Source of the DNA: Halioglobus sp.
GTDB taxonomy: Bacteria > Pseudomonadota > Gammaproteobacteria > Pseudomonadales > Halieaceae
Length of the DNA stretch: 64,000 nt
Direction: 5' to 3'
Assembly: GCA_037969215.1 (NCBI GenBank)
Contig: JBBKWY010000036.1
Location: 16,065-80,064 of the forward strand
Shown: positions 39,725-48,582 of the stretch, one piece after another
How the letters are laid out: each line of letters starts with the position of its first letter
Position numbering within the stretch: position 1 is the stretch's first letter
Made by a program: the position numbers and the translations under genes
The notes under the pieces: generated by a model
What the model was told of the DNA's origin: nothing
Seen by the model: only the letters and a program-made list of their open reading frames with translations
Database searches by the model: none

Positions 39725-40261
39725 CTACTTCCCCTGGTTGGCAAAAGCATCAGGCAGCGAACGCCATGCGAGCGGCAGATCAGTCGACCAGTTCGGTTTG
39801 CGCGGCGGCATATTAAACCCCGGTGGCGGCTGCCAGGCCATTGCTTTCATGGTCTCGCCGATGAAAGTCATGTTCAGGTAGTCGTGGCTGTAGCAGAACA
39901 GGCCGTCGCCAGCGTAATAAAGAATGGAGATGCCCGGCACGAGCCACTGGCCGCCGTCGGGTTTGTCGCCCAGCACCTGGTCCCAGTGACTGACCAGCCG
40001 ATGTCCATCTACCATGGTCCAGCGCTCCGGTGTTGACCAGCCGTGACCCGTCAACCCGGCCATGGAATCCTGAAAAAACTGGCGGATATTTTCCCGGCCC
40101 TCCTGGCGTCCCCAGGCGGGATCTATATAGACGGCGTCTTCAGTGAAAAAATCCGCCATCACATCCCAGCCGCACTCGCCTGTATCTACCTTGTCACGTG
40201 TCGCCACAAACCGGTGGTAGGTGTCCTGCGCCTCTTGTTCTATCTGGGATTTTGATTTCAT
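39725..40261 (-). CDS. SnoaL/NTF2-like fold protein
   Basis: 178 aa. 5-nt gap to the downstream dehydrogenase gene. DAVYIDPAWG...WDQV pattern typical of SnoaL-like proteins. Confidence 0.6.
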   Translation of the reverse strand: MKSKSQIEQEAQDTYHRFVATRDKVDTGECGWDVMADFFTEDAVYIDPAWGRQEGRENIRQFFQDSMAGLTGHGWSTPERWTMVDGHRLVSHWDQVLGDKPDGGQWLVPGISILYYAGDGLFCYSHDYLNMTFIGETMKAMAWQPPPGFNMPPRKPNWSTDLPLAWRSLPDAFANQGK

Positions 40262-40445
40262 GCCAGCTCCTTATTTTCATTTCTCTGCAACATAGTTTAT
40301 GTGGCGGACATTGTCGATGCTGCGGCGCATCAGATGCACCGTGTGGTTCAAAATACCTGGATGTTCCCGGCACTTGCGCTGCCCGGTCAGGCGCGCGTAG
40401 AGTAATCCCCATCGGGACACTACGAGCAACGCGAGCGCAAACCTT

Positions 40446-41186
40446 ATGATAGATCTGCATTACTGGCCCACCCCCAATGGCAAGAAGCTCACAATCCAGC
40501 TGGAAGAGTGTGGTATTGATTACACGGTGATTCGCTGTGAGATAGGTCGAGGCGCACAGTTTGAGGATGATTTTTTACAGATCAGCCCGAACAATCGCAT
40601 GCCCGCCATTGTCGATCACGATCCCGGGCATGGCGACAAACCGCTGTCAGTCTTCGAGTCGGGGGCGTGCATGATGTACCTTGCAGAGAAGACGGGGCAG
40701 TTTGGTGGCAGCGGTCAGCGAGAGAAGTGGGAAGTCTATCAATGGGTGATGTGGCAGATGGCCAACCAGGGCCCGAAGATCGGGGAGCGCGGGCATTTTG
40801 CGCGTCTCAAGGACAGTCAGGGGGATCAGTCTTACGCGTTGCGCCGATTTGATGACGAGGTGCACCGGTTGTACGGCGTGATGAACAATCGGCTCTACGA
40901 CCGTCGCTATATGGCGGGTGACAACTACACGATTGCCGACATGGCGTGCTATCCCTGGAGTGTCGGGTGGGAGGCACAGGGGATAGACATCAATGAGTTC
41001 AAATACGTTAAACGCTGGCTGAATACGCTGAGTGAGCGCCCGGCACTACAGCGCGGTATGGCGGTGGGGAGCGAGCTGTCCCAGGATTATTCCACACTGT
41101 CTAAAAAAGAGGCCAGTGATATTGTCTCTTTGCTGTACAACCAGCGTGCGCGACCGGCACCTGAGCACGGCGGTCTGCTGGAGTAA
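40446..41186 (+). CDS. Glutathione S-transferase (Nu-class, YfcG/YghU-like)
   Basis: 246 aa. HYWPTPNGKK...ISPNNRMPAIVDH...VFESGACMMYLAEK. Confidence 0.85.
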   Translation: MIDLHYWPTPNGKKLTIQLEECGIDYTVIRCEIGRGAQFEDDFLQISPNNRMPAIVDHDPGHGDKPLSVFESGACMMYLAEKTGQFGGSGQREKWEVYQWVMWQMANQGPKIGERGHFARLKDSQGDQSYALRRFDDEVHRLYGVMNNRLYDRRYMAGDNYTIADMACYPWSVGWEAQGIDINEFKYVKRWLNTLSERPALQRGMAVGSELSQDYSTLSKKEASDIVSLLYNQRARPAPEHGGLLE

Positions 41187-41231
41187 TCGAGCCGGTCTAA
41201 CACCCGAGGCGCGCTAGCTTTAGAACGGCAC

Positions 41232-41918
41232 CTAATCCTGCTGTTGCGGGCCTGATTTCTGAGCCCGGATGAGGTCGATACCCCCCCTTGGCTGTACAAA
41301 GAGGCCCTCTGCGCTGGCTGTCATAACACCCTCAGCGTACATTTCACCTCGCATGATGGTTTTGCGACGTTCCACCTTTACCAGTTTCGCCTCCAGCTTC
41401 AACTCCGTGTTGAGCGGCGTACGTTGATGGTAATTGATATGCAGGTAGCCGGTCATGCCGGGCTGGCCACCGAGTACCTGCGCCATGCCCAGGAACTGAT
41501 CGAAAATGGCCGCGACATAGCCACCGTGCACGCTGCCAGGCGGCCCCTCGTAGGCCCAGCCACACTGGCAGGTGCCAAACGCGAGGTCCCCGTCGATCCA
41601 GTCGTTGATCGGCGGTGCAAGCGGATTACTCCACCCCGCCAACGGATTGAGTTCATGACTGATCTGGGCAAAGTTCCCGTGCTCGCCGCTGGCTGCCCAG
41701 TTAAACCGGCCGTAGATGCGCGGCGAGCCACGAAATTCCTCGGCAGTGACTTCAAGCTGCTCGGCGATGGCGTGCATTGTGTCGATGCTGGGCGAGCTGG
41801 TTACCAGCGCCTCGGTCAATTGCTTGATGGCGTTAGCCACGCGACGCTTGGCCACCCATTCATCATTAAAGGCGGGCGTGATTTCTTCGGTGGCAAAGGG
41901 ATTGATGTCGTCGTGCAT
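41232..41918 (-). CDS. Hotdog-fold (PaaI-like) thioesterase with an N-terminal extension
   Basis: 228 aa. GSVHGGYVAAIFDQFLG motif of PaaI-type thioesterases. Confidence 0.7.
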   Translation of the reverse strand: MHDDINPFATEEITPAFNDEWVAKRRVANAIKQLTEALVTSSPSIDTMHAIAEQLEVTAEEFRGSPRIYGRFNWAASGEHGNFAQISHELNPLAGWSNPLAPPINDWIDGDLAFGTCQCGWAYEGPPGSVHGGYVAAIFDQFLGMAQVLGGQPGMTGYLHINYHQRTPLNTELKLEAKLVKVERRKTIMRGEMYAEGVMTASAEGLFVQPRGGIDLIRAQKSGPQQQD

Positions 41919-42003
41919 GTAGCACCTGAATAGTTGGAGGGCGAAAGCCGGATTCCAGTGTAACGTAAAACCCGAGCGCAGTTGCCGGTATGCAGCTGCC
42001 GGT

Positions 42004-43086
42004 TCAGTCGATATGCCGCAACAGGAATGACGTCAGGTCTTCGCCGGAGGGGTCGGTGAGAGCATATGCCGGCTCCTCAATATAGGCTACGTTCTCCAGG
42101 CCGACCTCATCCGCACGCTGTTTTACAGCAAGCGCGTGCAGACCATGGTGCAAAAACAGGTTCAGCAGATCGTCAAATCCGGTTTCAAAGTTTTGCACGT
42201 AAATGGGCGCATCCCCAGAGTCCATCAATCCCAACATATCAACATTGGCGCGATAGGCCACGTTCTCAGGCGTGTTGATAGCGTCCAGATTGTCGACGCC
42301 GAGGAAGGTGAGCAAGTAGTTGGTGGCGCCGACGGCCTTGGCTACTGTGGGAATATCCGTGCCACCCAGCACTCCCTTAAGGCCTTCCGTAATCGGCAGC
42401 AGCACGGTCTCCCAGCGGAGCAGGTCATAGGTGGACTGGGTGGCGAGTGCGCCCACGGCTTTGAGTCGTGTGGACTCGCGCAGTATGGGGTCTTCGTTGT
42501 CAGGGTCGGCTAAATCATCGTGGGTGCCCAGCCAGAGACTGGCACCGGCACCGGCGGATACGCCAAACGCAGCGACATTTTCAGGGTCGAGGTTGAGACT
42601 GGCGAAGTGGTAGCGCATAAATTGCAGGGCGCGTGCGGTGTCCTGCAGAGAGGGCAGCACGCCGCCCTGTGCCGCGATAGACGAGGTGCCCTCCGCTGCT
42701 GATGGAACCTTCAGCAGGGTATAGTTGATGGTGGCGAAGGCGACGCAGCTCTGCAAAAGCGTCCTGATCTGCGCTTCATTCGAATGGCCTGAACTTTTGT
42801 TACCGCCGGTAAAGCCGCCGCCGTGGATATAGAGGACCAGAGGCGTGGGTGCATCACAATCGGGCAGGTAAATGTCGAACAGGTTGCGCTCGCCCTCGCC
42901 GTAACTTACGTTTTCGGCATAATCTGCGGCAATGCCAGACAAATCGATGGGCGCTTCTGACAGACTCAATTCGAGAGCAGGCCTGGTTTCTATCAGGATT
43001 AAATCGCTGTTGTTGTCGTTGCCATTGCTGCAGGCAGCCAGAACGCAGAGTGAGAACGATATGCCGAGTGTTTGAATGAATTTCAT
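42004..43086 (-). CDS. Lipoprotein carboxylesterase/alpha-beta hydrolase
   Basis: 360 aa. Lipobox LAAC, oxyanion motif YIHGGGF, nucleophile elbow GVSAGAG. Confidence 0.75.
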   Translation of the reverse strand: MKFIQTLGISFSLCVLAACSNGNDNNSDLILIETRPALELSLSEAPIDLSGIAADYAENVSYGEGERNLFDIYLPDCDAPTPLVLYIHGGGFTGGNKSSGHSNEAQIRTLLQSCVAFATINYTLLKVPSAAEGTSSIAAQGGVLPSLQDTARALQFMRYHFASLNLDPENVAAFGVSAGAGASLWLGTHDDLADPDNEDPILRESTRLKAVGALATQSTYDLLRWETVLLPITEGLKGVLGGTDIPTVAKAVGATNYLLTFLGVDNLDAINTPENVAYRANVDMLGLMDSGDAPIYVQNFETGFDDLLNLFLHHGLHALAVKQRADEVGLENVAYIEEPAYALTDPSGEDLTSFLLRHID

Positions 43087-43134
43087 GGCGAGGGTCTGCT
43101 GTTTGAGGACAGGAGCACCAAATATAAAGAAATT

Positions 43135-43146
43135 CTACCCGGGTAG
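43135..43146. promoter_or_regulatory. Perfect 12-bp palindrome CTACCCGGGTAG in a divergent promoter region
   Basis: Lies between the esterase gene (-) and the GFA gene (+). Confidence 0.25.
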
Positions 43147-43240
43147 CGACTTTCGCGGCCCTGGTTTACAGTATTCGGGTTACAAAAATGGTCTCAAGTC
43201 TAGAAAGTTAGAACCTGACAATTATTGAAGAGGGGGGTGT

Positions 43241-43648
43241 ATGAAATTTACCGGTGGGTGTTACTGCAAAAAAATACGTTACGAAGTAGATGGTGAGCCG
43301 TTGATGAAGGGACTTTGTCACTGCCGAGAGTGCCAGTATATCTCGGGCGGCGGTGCCAATGTTGCGATGGCGTTACCTTCCAGTGCCTTTCGCTACACCG
43401 CAGGCGAGCCCAAATCCTTTTCGCGCGCCGATCTGGATTCCCCGGTCAAACGGGAGTTCTGTGCTGACTGCGGAACATCGTTGACCAGCCAGCCTCCAAG
43501 CATGCCCGATATGGTCATTCTCAAGGTGGGCACCATGGATGATCCGACTCTGTACGGTAAGCCAGACATGGCGTTTTATTGCGTTGAAAAGCAGGAATAT
43601 CACTACCTGCCGGATGATATGCCGACGTTTGATCGTTTTCCCGGGTAA
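43241..43648 (+). CDS. GFA-family (glutathione-dependent formaldehyde-activating-like) zinc protein
   Basis: 135 aa. GGCYC...CHCRECQ...FCADCG cysteine pattern. Confidence 0.85.
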   Translation: MKFTGGCYCKKIRYEVDGEPLMKGLCHCRECQYISGGGANVAMALPSSAFRYTAGEPKSFSRADLDSPVKREFCADCGTSLTSQPPSMPDMVILKVGTMDDPTLYGKPDMAFYCVEKQEYHYLPDDMPTFDRFPG

Positions 43649-43653
43649 ACGCA

Positions 43654-43699
43654 GAGCCTTTCCTTGTCTAGCGTCTAGCCAAGGAAAGGCTCCCTTTTT
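43654..43699. terminator. Strong bidirectional Rho-independent terminator
   Basis: Perfect 13-bp stem GAGCCTTTCCTTG / CAAGGAAAGGCTC followed by CCTTTTT. Sits between convergent genes. Confidence 0.8.
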
Positions 43700-43705
43700 G
43701 ACAAT

Positions 43706-45700
43706 TTAGTGATTGAATAACTCGGGATGATCATTCGAAAATCGCGTCATAAATGTCCTGGCACCCTTCAGCGTCCAGTGGCTGTTGTCCCAGATCGCGA
43801 GCGTGCCGTCGTTATCAAAAAAGTTACAACTTGTTTCGCTGCACTGATAGCGGCGTTTGGAAACAACCAGTACGTCTTCAAGCGTCGGGTCCGCAGCGAA
43901 AGCGGTCGTGATAGCATCCATTAGTGGTAGATCCTTATCGACCGTCGCTGCATCGGCATTGATCTCCTGAGGCAAAACACCGTCCGCATAGCTTTTGATT
44001 GCCTTATTATGGAGCGTTCCAAAGTTTACTGCGCGGTCCATGACTACGACTTTCATAGCTTTGTTTTGTGACGTATTTCGGGCCAGTTTGACAAACTTAT
44101 CTAGTGAAAGAGCGGTCTCTGGCGACAGCATTGCTGAGTATATAATGATGTCGGCGAGTCTGGACTTGATCGATTTCTGGTAAGCGTCGATTTGTTTAGA
44201 GCATTCATGAGTCTGCTCCGAACGGGATTTACCTGTCGCCTTGTCATCTACATGTATTTCTTGCAAGCAAATGTCATCCAACGCCAGCATGCGTACTTCA
44301 TAGCCGCGCTCGAACAACGCCATGTGAAGGCCGTTGCTGACATCCCGCGCATGGCTGTCGCCAACGACCAGAACACGTTTCTTGGAACTCTTAAAGGCCG
44401 CGCCATTTACGAACTCGTGTTGGTAGTCAATGGTTTCCGCGCGCAACCTGTCGAGATTGAACAGTTCCTCCACATCTGCCCCGCCTCCAAAGCGCCAATA
44501 CCAACCGCCATTTGCCCATGAATTGGCAGACCCGTACGCCAACACGAGGCATAGCAAGGCGCTGGTCAGCGCGAAGCGAGTGGAAGAAAGGGTCGCGTCA
44601 GGCCCGGGTTTGGCAAAACGGAATGGTCGCTCAATGAAGCGATACATGAGGGTCGCGACGATAAACGCTAATACTGTGAGGCCGCTGATTTCAATCGGTG
44701 ATAGATCTACTGAATCAAAGGTATAGGTGTAAAAGACGAAGATCGGCCAGTGACATAAATACAGGGAATAACTGATAAGCCCGATGAATACCATGGGACG
44801 ACTGCGTAGAATCGAACCCAGTATACGAGAGGAGCCGCCGAACAATGCCAGACTCGTGCCCACACAGGGCACTAATGCATATGTGCCGGGAAATGGGGTG
44901 TCTTTAGTGAACCCCAGGATCGCATAGCCGATAAGAGTCAAGCCAATCAATAAAGCGACTTCTCGCAGCCAGCGATCCATCCAGGCAGGCAGTTGCCATC
45001 CCACCACCCAGACCATAATCGCTCCCAGGCAGAACTCCACAATGCGGGATGGCAACAGAAAAAAGGCGGCGGAAGGGTCGACATCCAGGCACCACTCGGT
45101 AAAAGCCCAGCTTGCCACGCCCAGCAAGACGAAGACCACCGGCATTACAATCCGGCTAAATGGAATCTTAAGCAGTAATACCACCGATAGTGGCCAGATA
45201 AAGTAAAACTGCTCCTCGACGCTTAGTGACCACAGGTGCAATAGCGGTTTGACAGCAGAATCCGCGTCGAAATAGCCGCTTTCATTCCAGAAGAAAAAGT
45301 TGGAAATGGATAAAAGGCCATGCAGCGCCGAGCCACCGAGGCGTTCGAAATGTGTCGGCGTGAAAAGCACTGCACCGAGGACAAAGCTGACAAAAATTGT
45401 AAACAGCATTGCGGGGAGCAAACGTCGCGCACGTCGTAGATAAAAGCCGCCGAATGTGAATGTCCCGGTACCCGCAGCATCCATAATCAAACGGGTGATA
45501 AGAAAGCCACTAATAACAAAAAAGACATCGACGCCCACAAAGCCGCCGCTGAAAGTTTTTACACCGAAGTGATAGAGAATAACACTGAGAACGGCTATTG
45601 CCCTTAATCCATCAATGTCCGACCGGTACTTTGCTGCGTTAGCAAGTGCGATTGGTTTCACGTTCCCGTTCCCGTTCCGAGGAAAACCTGTGCGCGCCAA
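43706..45700 (-). CDS. Acyltransferase-3 family membrane O-acyltransferase with a C-terminal SGNH-like domain (OafA/YrhL-like)
   Basis: 664 aa. RSDIDGLRAIAVLSVILYHF start motif, about 10 TM helices, then a soluble C-terminal domain (VLVVGDSHA). Start uncertain: TTG at 45700 or GTG at 45661. GC is visibly lower than the surroundings. Confidence 0.85.
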   Translation of the reverse strand: MARTGFPRNGNGNVKPIALANAAKYRSDIDGLRAIAVLSVILYHFGVKTFSGGFVGVDVFFVISGFLITRLIMDAAGTGTFTFGGFYLRRARRLLPAMLFTIFVSFVLGAVLFTPTHFERLGGSALHGLLSISNFFFWNESGYFDADSAVKPLLHLWSLSVEEQFYFIWPLSVVLLLKIPFSRIVMPVVFVLLGVASWAFTEWCLDVDPSAAFFLLPSRIVEFCLGAIMVWVVGWQLPAWMDRWLREVALLIGLTLIGYAILGFTKDTPFPGTYALVPCVGTSLALFGGSSRILGSILRSRPMVFIGLISYSLYLCHWPIFVFYTYTFDSVDLSPIEISGLTVLAFIVATLMYRFIERPFRFAKPGPDATLSSTRFALTSALLCLVLAYGSANSWANGGWYWRFGGGADVEELFNLDRLRAETIDYQHEFVNGAAFKSSKKRVLVVGDSHARDVSNGLHMALFERGYEVRMLALDDICLQEIHVDDKATGKSRSEQTHECSKQIDAYQKSIKSRLADIIIYSAMLSPETALSLDKFVKLARNTSQNKAMKVVVMDRAVNFGTLHNKAIKSYADGVLPQEINADAATVDKDLPLMDAITTAFAADPTLEDVLVVSKRRYQCSETSCNFFDNDGTLAIWDNSHWTLKGARTFMTRFSNDHPELFNH

Positions 45701-46161
45701 ACAAAGCCATATTTGCCACCCTCTTGATCGCTATAGCGTGAGTCGTCGGGCCTTTTGGAACCATGTGACCCTATTTCCATGAGACTCGTTTCTGCCAGTG
45801 CCTTCTCCAGTCTAGCCGGCGAATTGAAGATTGCGTACTTTTCGCTGGGTTAGCGTGCAAATATGTCTCTTGGTGAATCAGGTCATTTGGTCCTGCATGG
45901 GCGAACGCGCGCAGGTGCCGATGATTGGCATGGCAGAAAATTACCGGACATCATTTTTGGGTGAGCGCTTTATCACAGAAAACAACGTATGAGCCAACCA
46001 CGCTTGTCGGTTGCAATTCGCCTGCACCAGAACAAACCACGCAAGCGGCCATGTAGACTGATTCGCACTTTGCCAGACGGGTATTGCGTACGCTTTGCAG
46101 TGACGATACTCTCTAGGCAACACTCGGTATTTCACACGGCTAATATAAAGTAGACACTGCC

Positions 46162-46707
46162 ATGACAGTCAATTTAATGAAGCAAGCAACCACTTTCACG
46201 CTGATAGGCTTGTTGGCTATTGGTGTAAACGTGCATGCGGAGTCTGAGACCGATATCAGGGCCGTGACGCTGGACGGGCGCCCCGTGTTGCTGAAAGCCG
46301 ACCAAACCTGGGATTTTGTTGAAATTGTGGCGGGTGACCCTTCTGTCAGTGCGGTGCTGTCGGTAACACGCATCTGGGATATGAAGAAAGCCTGTAAACT
46401 CCAATTTCGTCTGCAAAACAATCTGGGCTACCGTATCAGCACCCTGGTACCCCGAATGTCTGTGCTGAACCAGCAAGGTGTTGTCTACGACAGTAAGTCG
46501 ATAGCATTTGCCTCCATCAAGCCGACCAACTACAAATACACTGACGTGCAGTTTGAAGGGATCGGTTGTGAGGAAATTTCACATGTGAAAGTGCTCGGAG
46601 CCCCGCGTTGCAATATGGGTGATATTGACCAGTGGAACGAAGAAGAGGGCGAATGCTTTAGCCACCTCTATATTGAACCGAGTGAGCTGATTAACATTTC
46701 CAAATAA
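46162..46707 (+). CDS. Secreted hypothetical protein with four cysteines
   Basis: 181 aa. Signal peptide (TLIGLLAIGVNVHA/ES). No motif I can assign. Confidence 0.55.
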   Translation: MTVNLMKQATTFTLIGLLAIGVNVHAESETDIRAVTLDGRPVLLKADQTWDFVEIVAGDPSVSAVLSVTRIWDMKKACKLQFRLQNNLGYRISTLVPRMSVLNQQGVVYDSKSIAFASIKPTNYKYTDVQFEGIGCEEISHVKVLGAPRCNMGDIDQWNEEEGECFSHLYIEPSELINISK

Positions 46708-46745
46708 TCCGTTCCTGACGGGTATCTACAAAGAGCATAACTTCC

Positions 46746-47615
46746 ATGAAATTCGTATTATCCACCTCATTTAGCAGCGTGGCGCACCTGACACGATTGG
46801 CGCCTGTCGCAGACACCCATGGCTGGCACTCTATGTCCTTCTCGGATCATGTGGCCAATCCGGAGAGTATCGATACCCCATACCCGTATACCGAGGATGG
46901 CCGCCGCCGCTGGCCACCCTTTACCGATTGGCCCGATCCCTGGGTAATGATAGGCGCCCTGGCGACGATCACGGAGAAGCTGCGCTTCACCAACAATATA
47001 TTTGTGCTGCCACTGCGCAATCCGTTTCTGGTGGCGAAGGCCATCAGTACTGCAGCTGTTGTCTCGAACAACCGGGTGACACCGGCAATTGGTGTGGGCT
47101 GGTCAGGTGATGAATTTGCACTGATGGGTGCTGATTTCAAGACCCGCGGCAAGCGCATGGATGAGATGCTGGAAATTCTGCGCCTGCTGTGGACCGGTGA
47201 GCTGGTGCAATACCAGGGCGAGCACTATCAGTTTGACGCGTTGGAAATGAACCCCGCTCCGACGGAGTACATCCCGATATGGATAGGCGGAATTTCAGAT
47301 CCGGCCATGCGCCGTGCTGCCCGCCTCGGAGACGGCTGGGTTACCGATCTGCAGACCAGCGACGAAATTATTGAGTGTGTTAATCGCATCAAGGCCTGGC
47401 GCAAGGAATTTGGCCGCGATCACTTGCCCTTTGAGGTGATGGCCACCCCTTCGGATGCCTGGAACTACGACGGCTACAAGCGTCTCGAGGACGCCGGAGT
47501 GACCCATATTCTGACGATGCCATGGCCGTTTTATCACGGTGAGACCGACGAACTGGACAAAAAAATCGACAGTGTGAAACGGTACTCGGACGATATTATC
47601 AGTCAGTTTTCCTGA
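46746..47615 (+). CDS. Luciferase-like monooxygenase superfamily oxidoreductase, F420-dependent (Rv2161c-type) subfamily
   Basis: 289 aa. YPYTEDGRRRW, KTRGKRMDEMLEILR and RRAARLGDGW patterns typical of that LLM subfamily. Confidence 0.75.
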   Translation: MKFVLSTSFSSVAHLTRLAPVADTHGWHSMSFSDHVANPESIDTPYPYTEDGRRRWPPFTDWPDPWVMIGALATITEKLRFTNNIFVLPLRNPFLVAKAISTAAVVSNNRVTPAIGVGWSGDEFALMGADFKTRGKRMDEMLEILRLLWTGELVQYQGEHYQFDALEMNPAPTEYIPIWIGGISDPAMRRAARLGDGWVTDLQTSDEIIECVNRIKAWRKEFGRDHLPFEVMATPSDAWNYDGYKRLEDAGVTHILTMPWPFYHGETDELDKKIDSVKRYSDDIISQFS

Positions 47616-47646
47616 CCCCTGGGTACGCTCTGGAATGCCGGGTGAC

Positions 47647-48483
47647 CTAGCCCGGCACAGTGTCGTGCAGTTTCCAGGATTCCAGCAGTGGTCGGGTATC
47701 CCGATCCCAGGGGTGGAAGCCCTCCCGGTAGTATTCTTTGTAGGCGGGCCAGAGTCTGCGCAGCATGCCGTCCTTGAAGAACAAAAATTTCCAGCCCTCA
47801 CGCCACAAGCGCAAACTCCACAGTTTTTTGTCCTTCCTGAGCATGTGCACCAGCCCCATCAGAATATCCAGCGTCAGAAAAAACGTCGCTTGGCGCATGG
47901 CTCTCCGACGCATTTTCTCGGTTCCGCCGACAGCGCGGTAGACGTCGAAAGCAACAGCCTTGTGTTCCATTTCCTCGGCGGCGTGCCACTGCCACAGCGC
48001 TTGCATCGCGCTGTCGGCGTTATCAATTAATGGCTTGTCTTCACTGAGGATCGATTCCGCTAAAATTGCAGTGATATGCTCCAGGGACGCCGTGCCTGCC
48101 AGACGTTGCAGCGGCGTCATATACTTATAGCCTCGTTGAATATTTCGTTCAAGGCGTCCTTCCATCACTTGCAGGTCATAGCCGCGCTGCCGACACAGCG
48201 CCTCGTTGTAGCGTTGGTGTTCACGGCGGTGAAAGCCCTCCTGTCCGCAAAACCCACGAATGTCCTCCGTCAGTTTTGGATCTTCGATCTGCCCGGCAAA
48301 GTGACGTACGCTGTCGATGAAGAATTTTTCGCCCAGCGGGAAGGTGATCGACATGGCGTTGAGCCAGGCGGTCTTGAAAGGATGGTTGTCAAACCAGTCT
48401 CCCGCCAGGGCGTTAGCGATATCGTACTCCCTGTTGCGCGGCACCAGGGTGACGTCGCTGGGTGTAAAGGATACGGTTGACAT
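47647..48483 (-). CDS. Predicted metal-dependent hydrolase family protein (PF10118-type; family name recalled)
   Basis: ATG at 48483 (MSTVSFTP). WLNAMSITFPLGEKFFIDSVR and HAAEEMEHKAVAFDVY motifs. The track start at 48552 is 23 codons longer. Confidence 0.65.
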   Translation of the reverse strand: MSTVSFTPSDVTLVPRNREYDIANALAGDWFDNHPFKTAWLNAMSITFPLGEKFFIDSVRHFAGQIEDPKLTEDIRGFCGQEGFHRREHQRYNEALCRQRGYDLQVMEGRLERNIQRGYKYMTPLQRLAGTASLEHITAILAESILSEDKPLIDNADSAMQALWQWHAAEEMEHKAVAFDVYRAVGGTEKMRRRAMRQATFFLTLDILMGLVHMLRKDKKLWSLRLWREGWKFLFFKDGMLRRLWPAYKEYYREGFHPWDRDTRPLLESWKLHDTVPG

Positions 48484-48582
48484 ACTTTGGACTCCTGCGT
48501 TGCTCGCCTGATAGCCCAGTGTAGTGTGAAAACAGGCGTGCAAAGCAGTCAAATTTGGACAAACTTAAGCCGTTTCTGATAT

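Noticed and set aside
45941-46135. 64-aa minus-strand ORF in the 461-nt gap
   Set aside because: No Shine-Dalgarno sequence. Trp/Cys/Arg-rich composition is implausible. Treated as non-coding.
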